Source of the DNA: Puniceicoccales bacterium
GTDB lineage: Bacteria > Verrucomicrobiota > Verrucomicrobiia > Opitutales > LL51
Reading direction: 5' to 3'
Assembly (NCBI GenBank): GCA_031255005.1
Contig: JAIRTH010000019.1
Span: 1-54,685 of the forward strand
Length of the DNA stretch: 54,685 bases
In this document: piece after piece, positions 1 to 8,683 of the stretch
How the letters are laid out: each line of letters starts with the position of its first letter
Position numbering within the stretch: position 1 is the first letter of the stretch
Program-made: the position numbers and the translations under genes
Notes under the pieces: model-generated
Database searches by the model: none
Told to the model about the DNA's origin: nothing
The model's input: only the letters and a program-made list of their open reading frames with translations

Positions 1-1988
1 TCAAGTTCGGAAATGTGCACAAGTCCTTCTTTCCCAGGGATACACTCGACAAATACACCGAACTCTTTCATGGATTTTACTACACTGCGATAGGTTTTCC
101 CCACCTCTATTTCAGCGGAAACTAACATGATTTGTGCGATGGCCTGTTCAAGCATTTCTTTATTATTGGAAAAAACCAATATGTTGCCGCTGTTATCTTC
201 GTTTATATCTATTTGCGCACCAGTGAGTTCCGTTATTTTTTTGATATTTTTACCGCCTGGCCCGATGAGCATTCCGATTTTGTCCGGATCTATTTTTAAG
301 GATTTAACTCTCGGAGCATTTTCTCTAAGATCTTCTCTCGGTTTTGGTTGAACCAAAAGCATCGCCTCTAAAACCTTGGCGCGATCCGATTTATTTCTAA
401 GAATAGCTTCCTTGGCGATCGAAAGCGGAAGACCTTTGATTTTTAGATCGAGCTGAAATCCGGTGACACCCTTAGCCGTTCCAGAAATTTTGAAATCCAT
501 ATCACCAAAATGATCTTCATCGCCTATTATGTCGGTGAGTATCACGTATTTAATGATATTTCCATCCCTATCTGATTCAGTGATCAATCCAGTGGATATG
601 CCCGATACCGGAGCCATTATTTGTACGCCGGCATCCATAAGCGCCAAACAACCGCCGCAAACACTTGCCATGGAAGAAGATCCATTCGATTCTAATATGT
701 CTGACACCACCCTTATGGAGTAGGGAAATTCCGCCTCAGGTGGAAGTACCGGTGCCAGAGAACGTTCAGCCAGAGCGCCATGACCTATTTCTCGGCGACT
801 TGTACTGCCTGTCCTCCCGGTTTCGCCAACGGAAAATGGAGGAAAATTATAATGCAAAATGAAGCTCTTCGATTCTACGCCGCCGGTTATGGCATCCAGT
901 TCTTGGACATCGCGACTTGATCCAAGTGCCGTAGTTACAAGTGCTTGGGTGTCACCGCGTTGAAAAATTGCCGATCCATGAACGCAGGGCAACACATTGG
1001 TTTTGCATGATAATGGTCGAATTTCATCAATTTGACGGCCATCAGCCCTCCTATTTTGGTCGAGAATGCTCTTTCTATACAAATCTTTTTGTAATTTTTC
1101 CAGTACCAAATTTGTTTCAACCTCATCAAAAGCATCTTCGCCTAGTTCTTCAATTAACATCGCTTTGGCTTTTTCTTTGATTTCACTAACGATTTCTTCG
1201 CGCAAAGCCTTAGAATTTTGAAATAAAGCGGCCGATAATTCGCCATTCAATTTTTCGCATATTTTGAAAACATTTTCATTTAACACCTTCAGATTGAACT
1301 GCTTTTTTTCCTTTGTGCATTTTTTCGCCAATTCCTTTTGGGCTGATATTATTGGTTGAATTTTTTCCTGAGAAAACTCCAATGCTTCCAAAAATTTTTC
1401 GTCCGGAAGCTGATCAGCATTACCCTCGATCATCATCATATCTCTTTCATTACCAACATATATTAGATCAAGTCTAGACTCGAGCATTTGATCATTGGTA
1501 GGATTTATAATAAATTCATTATCGATATAACCCACTCTTAGGCAACCTATGGGGCCAGCCCATGGTATATCCGAGCACAGCAACGCCGCCGAAGCACCAT
1601 TGACCATTAGTATGTCTGCTTCATTTTGCAAATCCGCCGATAGCAATATGCCCATTACCTGAACTTCGTTCATGAATTTTTTCGGAAACAACGGCCTAAG
1701 TGGCCTATCGCAGAGTCGCGATGTCAAAATTTCCTTTTCTGACGGTCTGCCCTCTCTTTTGGCATAGCCACCAGGTATTCTCCCCGACGCATTGAACCTT
1801 TCTCTATAGTCAACGGTTAGTGGAAAAAATTTTTGATCTGGTGCCACAGATTTTGCAGCGACGACACTTACAAACACACTTGTGTTTCCATAACTTACTA
1901 TTGCCGAACCATTTGCTTGTCTAGCAAGATTTCCGGTGGAAAAACCCATATCCAATCCATCTACTTTTACATTGTACAACTGTTCCAT
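1..1988 (-). CDS. pnp: polyribonucleotide nucleotidyltransferase (PNPase); C-terminal end runs off the window
   Basis: Absent from the ORF track because no stop lies inside the window. Reading the minus strand from ATG at 1988 gives [40 protein letters not shown]...[47 protein letters not shown]. This is followed by a second RNase-PH-like half, a KH motif ([16 protein letters not shown]) and the start of an S1 domain ([34 protein letters not shown]). The + strand ORFs at 127-1180 are antisense shadows. Confidence 0.93.
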   Translation of the reverse strand, partial: MEQLYNVKVDGLDMGFSTGNLARQANGSAIVSYGNTSVFVSVVAAKSVAPDQKFFPLTVDYRERFNASGRIPGGYAKREGRPSEKEILTSRLCDRPLRPLFPKKFMNEVQVMGILLSADLQNEADILMVNGASAALLCSDIPWAGPIGCLRVGYIDNEFIINPTNDQMLESRLDLIYVGNERDMMMIEGNADQLPDEKFLEALEFSQEKIQPIISAQKELAKKCTKEKKQFNLKVLNENVFKICEKLNGELSAALFQNSKALREEIVSEIKEKAKAMLIEELGEDAFDEVETNLVLEKLQKDLYRKSILDQNRRADGRQIDEIRPLSCKTNVLPCVHGSAIFQRGDTQALVTTALGSSRDVQELDAITGGVESKSFILHYNFPPFSVGETGRTGSTSRREIGHGALAERSLAPVLPPEAEFPYSIRVVSDILESNGSSSMASVCGGCLALMDAGVQIMAPVSGISTGLITESDRDGNIIKYVILTDIIGDEDHFGDMDFKISGTAKGVTGFQLDLKIKGLPLSIAKEAILRNKSDRAKVLEAMLLVQPKPREDLRENAPRVKSLKIDPDKIGMLIGPGGKNIKKITELTGAQIDINEDNSGNILVFSNNKEMLEQAIAQIMLVSAEIEVGKTYRSVVKSMKEFGVFVECIPGKEGLVHISEL

Positions 1989-2050
1989 TGAGGTCTATGA
2001 TAAAAATAATCTTTAATAGACTCAAGGAAATAAAACGAGTTAGCCTCGAA

Positions 2051-3298
2051 TTAGGAGCCGGACAGACTGGTGCTTAGTTTCATTACACTGGTTACAACAC
2101 TCAGGGCCAGAGCAGCTACCAGTCCAAAGGCAAAGCCCATGGCCAGTGTGGAAAAAATGTTCGTCATTCTTTTCAAATTGTCATTCAAGCTCTGGTTAAA
2201 TATATTAAACACTTCTTTGAATGATGAAGCGATGTCTCCGGTATTTTCGCCCACGGATAGGATATCTAAGGCCATCTCCGGGAACACGTTATTTTTTTCG
2301 AAGGCCAGACAAATGGATACGCCATCGAGGATTTGCTTCTTTGCCTCTAGGAAATTTTTCTTAAAAAGTGTATTTGATGATGAATTCTCGGTTAACTTCA
2401 TGGCCTCGGTGGTATTGATGCCGCTGCCAAGCAAGGTACCAAGCAAATTAGCCGTTTGGCAGTAATAATTTTCTTTTATCGCCGTGCCTATTAACGGAAT
2501 TTTCAACATCCAGCAATCGGTGGCGAATTTGCCATTGGGAGTTTTTCGGAAGCTGACAAATAGGAAAACTACTGCGATGACGCCGAGCAGGACGAAGTGG
2601 CCATAGCTCAGAGCGAAATTTGCCGAAGCCATCAATATTTTTGTGATCAACGGCATTTCTCCGCCCAGTGATGATAGCATTTTTTCTATCTTTGGCATGA
2701 GGAAAAACAAAAAAACAAGTACGACCACGGTGGCCACACAGCAGACAATTATTGGATAGGTCATGCCCGCTACGAATTTTTTCTTGATGGCCTCCTTGGT
2801 TTCGAGGAAATCGAGCAGATTGCGCATGATGGGCAATAGATTACCGGTTTTTTCTCCGGCTTCGATCATGCATATAATGTTTTCCCCGAACACGTCGCTG
2901 AAGGATCTCATGGCGTCGGAAATGGTCTTACCTTCACATATATCCTTGTGAATGGCTTCGGCAATCGTTTGTTCAATGGGGTTTTTTGTCCTTACGCGCA
3001 TTATTTTCACCGCATCACCAACGGCAAGGCCGCCAGCATACAATTGCAAGAATTTTTTTATAAAATTATAGGCGATTTTTGATTTATTTACTCCAAAGCC
3101 AACGCCGCCTTTTTTCCCGGAAGATGATTTATCGGTTTTCATGCCACCCGAAGCACCGCCGCTCTTTTCAGCTATGGATGTGATCTGTATGCCTTTGGCG
3201 GCCAACATTCTTACGGCATCTCTCCTATCATTAGCATTTATGGTGCCACTGGTTTTTTTCTTCGAGGAATCCATGCCTACATAACTAAAAGTTGCCAT
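2051..3298 (-). CDS. gspF: type II secretion system protein F / type IV pilus PilC-family platform protein
   Basis: 415-aa ORF with two T2SS-F-like repeats (GLAVGDAVKIM...EAGEKTGNL and GINTTEAMKLT...VGENTGDI) and about three TM segments. A Gly/Ser/Lys-rich insert follows the N-terminal domain. No gspE or other T2SS gene is adjacent. Confidence 0.85.
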   Translation of the reverse strand: MATFSYVGMDSSKKKTSGTINANDRRDAVRMLAAKGIQITSIAEKSGGASGGMKTDKSSSGKKGGVGFGVNKSKIAYNFIKKFLQLYAGGLAVGDAVKIMRVRTKNPIEQTIAEAIHKDICEGKTISDAMRSFSDVFGENIICMIEAGEKTGNLLPIMRNLLDFLETKEAIKKKFVAGMTYPIIVCCVATVVVLVFLFFLMPKIEKMLSSLGGEMPLITKILMASANFALSYGHFVLLGVIAVVFLFVSFRKTPNGKFATDCWMLKIPLIGTAIKENYYCQTANLLGTLLGSGINTTEAMKLTENSSSNTLFKKNFLEAKKQILDGVSICLAFEKNNVFPEMALDILSVGENTGDIASSFKEVFNIFNQSLNDNLKRMTNIFSTLAMGFAFGLVAALALSVVTSVMKLSTSLSGS

Positions 3299-3457
3299 AC
3301 TGTATATTATAATATTATATTTTTCTGTTCGATCAACGTAAATATAGATTATTATGGTGGATTATTACAACACATATTTATGCAAAATGATATTGCCAGC
3401 TGTGGGTTTATATTTGAGAATAGTGCATTACTGAGGTTAGAACTGGGTTTAGATTAG

Positions 3458-3880
3458 GTGATATTTTTTTCTATAGTTATTTTTTTTCTGGTTTTTGACT
3501 GGGTTGATTGCGAAGCTACCAGGATTCCGATGGCTAGGTTTTCGCTGCCAATTTTTGACGAAAATGGAAATAAAGTTTTGGAGTTTTCTGGCGAGGAAGC
3601 CGATTTGGTAAGCGATAATGATGTTAAAATTTTTTCTGCCAAGATGCAAACGATGATGCCAGAAGGTGATAATAATATGGAATTTTCGGTGATGGCCGAT
3701 GAGGCGGATGTTTCGATAAAAGATGAAGCGGCGATGGGTAATGGCGTGATAGTCATTGATGGTAATGGGTTTTCGGTCATCGGCAATGATTGGGAATTTG
3801 TGGGGAATGGAGATAAAAAATTTATCATATCTTCGGGGGCTCAGGTATTTTTTGACAAACATCAAGATGAAATTTTATAG
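3458..3880 (+). CDS. LptC-like membrane-anchored protein (assigned mainly by position)
   Basis: 140-aa ORF with an N-terminal anchor (FFSIVIFFLVF) followed by beta-rich sequence. Its stop overlaps the start of the LptA-like gene, directly upstream of lptB, which is the canonical lptC-lptA-lptB order. I saw no diagnostic motif. Confidence 0.45.
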   Translation: MIFFSIVIFFLVFDWVDCEATRIPMARFSLPIFDENGNKVLEFSGEEADLVSDNDVKIFSAKMQTMMPEGDNNMEFSVMADEADVSIKDEAAMGNGVIVIDGNGFSVIGNDWEFVGNGDKKFIISSGAQVFFDKHQDEIL

Positions 3881-4430
3881 ATACATATTCATGCTTATCA
3901 TGTTCCAGCGGAGTTGGTTAGTTGCTGATGATGTTTTCAGTGAGATATCTAGCAATAGGCTGGAAATTTCGCCGATGGATGGTCATATGGAGTTCAAATT
4001 TTCCGGAGATGTCAGGATAAAGACCACGGAATTTCAGGCCAGTGCCGATAGGATGGTGGTGGTGGCCAAGGCTCCGAAGGGGACGAAAGCCATGGCCAGT
4101 TCGCCATCGTTTGATGCCATAGAAAGTATTGTGGCAGAAGGAAATGCGACGATGCGCCAGGGCGAAAGAAGTGGGTCCGCAGATAGGGTGGAGATAAATA
4201 CAGGAAAAAATGAGATTTTTTTGATCGGCAATGCTAAAGTTTCTGATTCCAGTGGAACGGTTTGCGGAGATATGAAGATAAATTACAGAACTAAATCCGT
4301 TGAGGTGATGAGTTCAGAGGGTGGTAGAGCCGCTGTGCAAATTAATGCAACGGAAGGCTTGGTTAGCATTCCGGAAAGTATTGCGAAAAGTGATGTAAAT
4401 CAAGATGTTACGAACAATATCGATAGCTAA
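3867..4430 (+). CDS. lptA: LptA/OstA-like periplasmic LPS transport protein
   Basis: Start taken at ATG 3867 (MKFYRYIFMLIMF, signal-like) rather than ORF-track 3756, which would overlap the previous gene by 125 nt. The sequence is OstA-like (ADRMVVV...GNATMRQGERSGSADRVEINTGKNEIFLIGNAKVSDSSGTVCGDMKINY) and its 3' end overlaps the lptB start. Confidence 0.6.
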   Translation: MKFYRYIFMLIMFQRSWLVADDVFSEISSNRLEISPMDGHMEFKFSGDVRIKTTEFQASADRMVVVAKAPKGTKAMASSPSFDAIESIVAEGNATMRQGERSGSADRVEINTGKNEIFLIGNAKVSDSSGTVCGDMKINYRTKSVEVMSSEGGRAAVQINATEGLVSIPESIAKSDVNQDVTNNIDS

Positions 4431-5121
4431 AAAGTATGGTAATCGTTTGGTGGTCTGTGGCATAGATTTGGCTGTACAGGAGGGTGAGATTGTTGGATTA
4501 TTGGGCCCGAATGGTGCTGGCAAGACGACGACTTTTTACATGATTGTGGGATTGGTGAAAGCCACAGGTGGTGTTGTGTTGTTGGATGATAAAGAGATAA
4601 CGAAAGTCCAGATGCATAATAGGGCGAGCTTAGGGTTAGGATATTTACCTCAAGAGCCGTCGATTTTTAGCAAATTGACTGTGGCTGATAATATTAGGAT
4701 TGTGATGGAGTTTACTGGAGTTAGGAAAAGTGAGATTGATGATAGAATTTTTTGCTTACTAAAAAACTTTGGGATAGCGCAACTTGCGAAACATAGGGCC
4801 TGCACTTTAAGTGGGGGTGAACGCAGAAGATTAGAGATCGCCAGGGCGTTGATTACTAAGCCGCGATTTCTTCTTCTGGATGAACCATTTAGCGGAGTTG
4901 ATCCGATAAGTGTTGCTGATGTTCAGAGCATAGTTTTAGGGCTCAAAGAGCGTGGAGTTGGTGTATTGATAACAGATCATAATGTTCGCGAAACCCTTGC
5001 AATTGTGGATCGTGCTTATCTTATTTACGATGGAAAAGTTCTATGCGAAGGGGAGAGAGATAAACTTTTGGCGGATGATAATACCCGAAGGCTTTACCTG
5101 GGCGAAAATTTTAGAATGTGA
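4405..5121 (+). CDS. lptB: LPS export ABC transporter ATP-binding protein LptB
   Basis: Walker A GPNGAGKTT, signature LSGGERRR, Walker B LLLDEPFSG, and the LptB-typical GYLPQEPSIF, ITDHNVRETL and C-terminal RRLYLGENF. Confidence 0.9.
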   Translation: MLRTISIAKKYGNRLVVCGIDLAVQEGEIVGLLGPNGAGKTTTFYMIVGLVKATGGVVLLDDKEITKVQMHNRASLGLGYLPQEPSIFSKLTVADNIRIVMEFTGVRKSEIDDRIFCLLKNFGIAQLAKHRACTLSGGERRRLEIARALITKPRFLLLDEPFSGVDPISVADVQSIVLGLKERGVGVLITDHNVRETLAIVDRAYLIYDGKVLCEGERDKLLADDNTRRLYLGENFRM

Positions 5122-5131
5122 AGGTTAATTT

Positions 5132-6238
5132 ATGCAGGCGATAGATATTGTGTCAAAAAAGATGATGGTGGTCGGTGATGGTGTGATTTACAATGTTTCT
5201 GAGATTATTCGATTGTCGGCGGGTAAAAAAATTCAAGGAGAATATGTCTATCTATCTGATGTCGAGAGTGTTAACACCGATACATTGTTGTGTTTCAACA
5301 CCTACGATGGCTTCAGCATGAAGATGTTACTTCGGGATATTTTTCATATGAATATTGTGATTACGGCGAGTTCAGATGAATTTGCCAGCGTTTTGCAGCG
5401 GAGAAGTGATGGTATAGCTTCTGGCAATTGCTTTCCTGGTGCGAAGGATAAGTATTTGCTTTTGAATGACTTATGTGCTAAGTTTAATGTAAGGCCATCG
5501 GAGGTGATATATGTGGATGATTATTTGGATGGGGAGCGAGATTTGCTTAGAAGTGTGGGCATTGTAATTTCTCGAGACATTTCGAATTATGCTGAACATG
5601 CTAATTGCGAACTGGTTGAGATCCGAGATCCTCATTGTGGTGTGGTTAGAGATTTTACGAATGAGTATTTGGACGGGCTTAGCGAGGTTTTGGAATTTTA
5701 TAACCGGACAAAGAGGTGGAAGGCAGCGACGGATTTTGAAATAAAATCTGAGAGGAAGGCGATAAAGGTGTTGGCATTGGACGTGGATGGCACTTGTACC
5801 GATGCGATGAGGATTTTGTCGGTCAATGGAGTGGAGTATAAGCGTTTTAATATCAAAGACATAGAGGCTTTAATGCAGTGGATATCCATGGGCAATTTAG
5901 TATTTTTCATAACCGGCGACCCTGGATGCATTGCAAAGAATTTTGCCAGGTATATTGGTCTTGATGATTCGGTGGTTTTTGCCGAAGTTATGGACAGAAA
6001 GGTTCAGATTATCAATGAGTTATGCAAAAAAAATGGTTTTAGCTTAGGAGAAGTGGCCTATATGGGCGATGATGTGAACGATCTTGGTGTGCTAGAACAT
6101 GTTGCGGAGCAAAATGGCATTTCTGCCTGTCCGGTCAATGCCATACCTTTGGCTAAAAATTGTCCTGGTGTGGTGAGGCTCAAAGCCCATGGTGGCGATG
6201 GTGCGATTGCTGAATTTATTAGCATGCTAGTGTGTTGA
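5132..6238 (+). CDS. kdsC: tandem KdsC-like HAD phosphatase (3-deoxy-D-manno-octulosonate-8-phosphate phosphatase family), two fused copies
   Basis: The C-terminal half has HAD motif I ALDVDGTCTD, FFITGD and AYMGDDVNDL, and ends GGDGAIAEFISML. The N-terminal half aligns to the same fold (FNTYDG, NIVITAS, GAKDK, IYVDDYLDG, CGVVRDF) but has VVGDGV in place of DVDG. Confidence 0.75.
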   Translation: MQAIDIVSKKMMVVGDGVIYNVSEIIRLSAGKKIQGEYVYLSDVESVNTDTLLCFNTYDGFSMKMLLRDIFHMNIVITASSDEFASVLQRRSDGIASGNCFPGAKDKYLLLNDLCAKFNVRPSEVIYVDDYLDGERDLLRSVGIVISRDISNYAEHANCELVEIRDPHCGVVRDFTNEYLDGLSEVLEFYNRTKRWKAATDFEIKSERKAIKVLALDVDGTCTDAMRILSVNGVEYKRFNIKDIEALMQWISMGNLVFFITGDPGCIAKNFARYIGLDDSVVFAEVMDRKVQIINELCKKNGFSLGEVAYMGDDVNDLGVLEHVAEQNGISACPVNAIPLAKNCPGVVRLKAHGGDGAIAEFISMLVC

Positions 6239-6259
6239 TAACCAAACTGTTATGTGCAT

Positions 6260-7108
6260 TTATCTATGCATGACTTGTTTGGCGGAGTTCAATGTATTGC
6301 GTTCTTCCTTGGACAGCGATCCGAAACCGGATTCATTGATTTTATCCAAAATTCTATCGATTTCAGTTTTCTGGGCGCTTTGACTGGTTATGTATACATT
6401 ATAATTATCACTTTGCATGGGGTCGATGGCTTTTGGTTGCTTTTTAATGACATTAACTAATGGATTTTCAACAGGTTGCGTGACCTTAGCTTTGCCATTG
6501 AACCAGCGGTAGCACAGGAGGCCGCCGATTATGCCGCCGATGTTGGCCGAGGCTATGATTGGTTTGTGGAGAAAGATTTCACCGAAGAACATGCCAATGA
6601 TTTCTATCACCAGTACAGCTGTCAATAAGTGTTTTGGCTTGAGCGACATCGGAAACACGAAAAGGAAAAAAAATATGGCTTGTTTGTCCGCATTGCAGGC
6701 GCAAAAATAGCTTAGAAGGCCTAAGCAGGCGATGATAGACCCGGTGAGGGATCCATGGTCGTTCCAGTGCAAGCAGAGCCAGGTTAGGCCACCGACCAGA
6801 GATGCTGTAAAGAACACAATCAGAAGGCGTTTCGATCCAAACTGCCGTTCTATGGTTGTGCCAAGCAGCCATAGGGCGATACTGTTCAAAAATAAAGACA
6901 TAAGTCCTTCATTGATAAAGGAATAGGTTAATAGTGACAACAAATTAAGTCCATTTACATTGGTTGCCGAAAGAGAAATTTTTTTGAGGAATATATTTGA
7001 GCTAAACCACACACTGAAAAGGTTTTGCAATACATAACATGAGGTAATAGCGACGAATAGCCACGTTAAAGCACTCATTTTTCGATTGATTTTTAAAATA
7101 TTCATCAT
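6260..7108 (-). CDS. rhomboid-family membrane protein, probably catalytically inactive
   Basis: 282-aa polytopic protein. Its rhomboid TM2-L1 signature is LFLNSIALWLLGTTIERQFGSKR (compare GlpG, recalled from memory, [24 protein letters not shown]), with GSLTGSIIACLG and ASANIGGIIGGLL at the Ser and His positions. The cytoplasmic tail is EIDRILDKINESGFGSLSKEERNTL. Confidence 0.7.
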   Translation of the reverse strand: MMNILKINRKMSALTWLFVAITSCYVLQNLFSVWFSSNIFLKKISLSATNVNGLNLLSLLTYSFINEGLMSLFLNSIALWLLGTTIERQFGSKRLLIVFFTASLVGGLTWLCLHWNDHGSLTGSIIACLGLLSYFCACNADKQAIFFFLFVFPMSLKPKHLLTAVLVIEIIGMFFGEIFLHKPIIASANIGGIIGGLLCYRWFNGKAKVTQPVENPLVNVIKKQPKAIDPMQSDNYNVYITSQSAQKTEIDRILDKINESGFGSLSKEERNTLNSAKQVMHR

Positions 7109-7179
7109 GTCTGCCTAATCTCTTGATAATCCTAAAATTTTTAAAAGTAAAGTCAATTTGATTGGATTTATTGATTTAG

Positions 7180-8676
7180 ATGATTAAATTTGAGTTTGTG
7201 GTAACACATTATGGTGGAATGAGAACAATTTCTGAATTATTTTTTGGGCTGAAATGCAAGTTCTTGGGGGATCCGAATGCGGCGGTGGACAACCTGACGG
7301 ACTGTAATATTAAGGCCAATAAAACGAGCATGTTTTTCGCCATCCATGGTAATTGTTGCGATGGGAATTCATTTATTGCCGATGTGGTGGGCCGTGGATG
7401 CGGTGTGATTGTTACGGAACATTTTCATCCACAGATAGATAGTGTTACGTTTGTGATAGTTGATAATGTGAGAATGGTTATGGCTGTGGTAGCTAAGAGA
7501 TTTTTCTGCATGCCGGACGAAGATCTTTATATATATTGTGTAACTGGTACCAATGGAAAGACTTCCATTACATACCTTCTGGATCATTTGGAGGCAATGA
7601 AAACTGCTGTTTTGGGAACAATCGGCTATAAAATTGGAGCTGTGGAGGGGTGGCTGTCGAACACGACACCTGGAGCTATAGATCTATTTAATCTGCTCGA
7701 TTGTGCGCGGCGCAATGATTGCAAAGTCGTTGCGATGGAAGCAAGTTCACATGCGTTGTACCAGAAGAGGACTCATGGATTATCGGTGGATGTGGCGATA
7801 TTTAGTAATTTATCTGAAGACCATCTAGAATACCATGACGGCATTGATAACTACTTCAAAGCGAAAGAGATATTGTTTTTAGGCGACAATGGTTTTTTGC
7901 CAGATATGGCCATTGTGAATGCGGATGACAAATATGGGCGAATTTTGGCTGAAAAGATTAGGAGTTTTACCAACAGCGAGGTTATTACCTACGGCACTGA
8001 TTTGCTGGCAGATTTTCATGTAAGCGACATTTCATTGAGTTTAGCATTGACATCATTTGTGCTGAATGTATGCGGAAAGGTCTATCATTGTGAAATGCCA
8101 TTGGTTGGTAAGTATAACGTGATGAATGTATTAGCGGCAGTAGCTGCAGCTAGTTCCATGGCTGACATTGAAGTTCTTATTGATAAAGTTAAAAATTTTC
8201 CTGGAGTTCCTGGGCGATTGCAACGGGTTGTCAATGGCATTGGGGTTTCGATTTTTGTAGATTACGCACACACAGAAGATGCATTGATAAACGTGTTGTC
8301 GACGCTTAAGCCATTAACTAAAAACAAGTTAATAGTTGTTTTTGGCTGTGGCGGTAATCGTGATAAAGCCAAGCGTCCGAAGATGAGCAGAGCGGCATTG
8401 ACCTTTGGGGATGTGGTGATTGCCACTTCGGATAATCCTAGAGATGAAGCCATTAAGGACATTTTTTTGGACATGAAAAATGGTGTCTATGGTACTGATA
8501 GGATGATTTTTGTTGAAGCAAGGGAGGAAGCCATCCATTTGGCGATAAGCGTTGCTAGCGAAGGTGATACGATTTTAATTGCTGGCAAAGGTCATGAAAA
8601 ATTTCAGCAGTTTTCCGATAGAAAAATACATTTTGACGATGTGGAGGCTGTCCTTAATGTATTGGCTATGAGATAG
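7180..8676 (+). CDS. murE: UDP-N-acetylmuramoyl-L-alanyl-D-glutamate--2,6-diaminopimelate ligase
   Basis: Mur ligase P-loop VTGTNGKTS, AMEASSHAL, and the DAP-specific DNPR motif (TSDNPRDE), ending GKGHE. The true start may be the internal Met at 7219. Confidence 0.9.
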   Translation: MIKFEFVVTHYGGMRTISELFFGLKCKFLGDPNAAVDNLTDCNIKANKTSMFFAIHGNCCDGNSFIADVVGRGCGVIVTEHFHPQIDSVTFVIVDNVRMVMAVVAKRFFCMPDEDLYIYCVTGTNGKTSITYLLDHLEAMKTAVLGTIGYKIGAVEGWLSNTTPGAIDLFNLLDCARRNDCKVVAMEASSHALYQKRTHGLSVDVAIFSNLSEDHLEYHDGIDNYFKAKEILFLGDNGFLPDMAIVNADDKYGRILAEKIRSFTNSEVITYGTDLLADFHVSDISLSLALTSFVLNVCGKVYHCEMPLVGKYNVMNVLAAVAAASSMADIEVLIDKVKNFPGVPGRLQRVVNGIGVSIFVDYAHTEDALINVLSTLKPLTKNKLIVVFGCGGNRDKAKRPKMSRAALTFGDVVIATSDNPRDEAIKDIFLDMKNGVYGTDRMIFVEAREEAIHLAISVASEGDTILIAGKGHEKFQQFSDRKIHFDDVEAVLNVLAMR

Positions 8677-8683
8677 TTGCAGA

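Noticed and set aside
3449-3865. 138-aa and 124-aa minus-strand ORFs opposite the LptC-like gene
   Set aside because: They are antisense shadows in AT-rich DNA. The + strand ORF has a membrane anchor, is coupled to the lptA-like gene and fits the lptC-lptA-lptB gene order.
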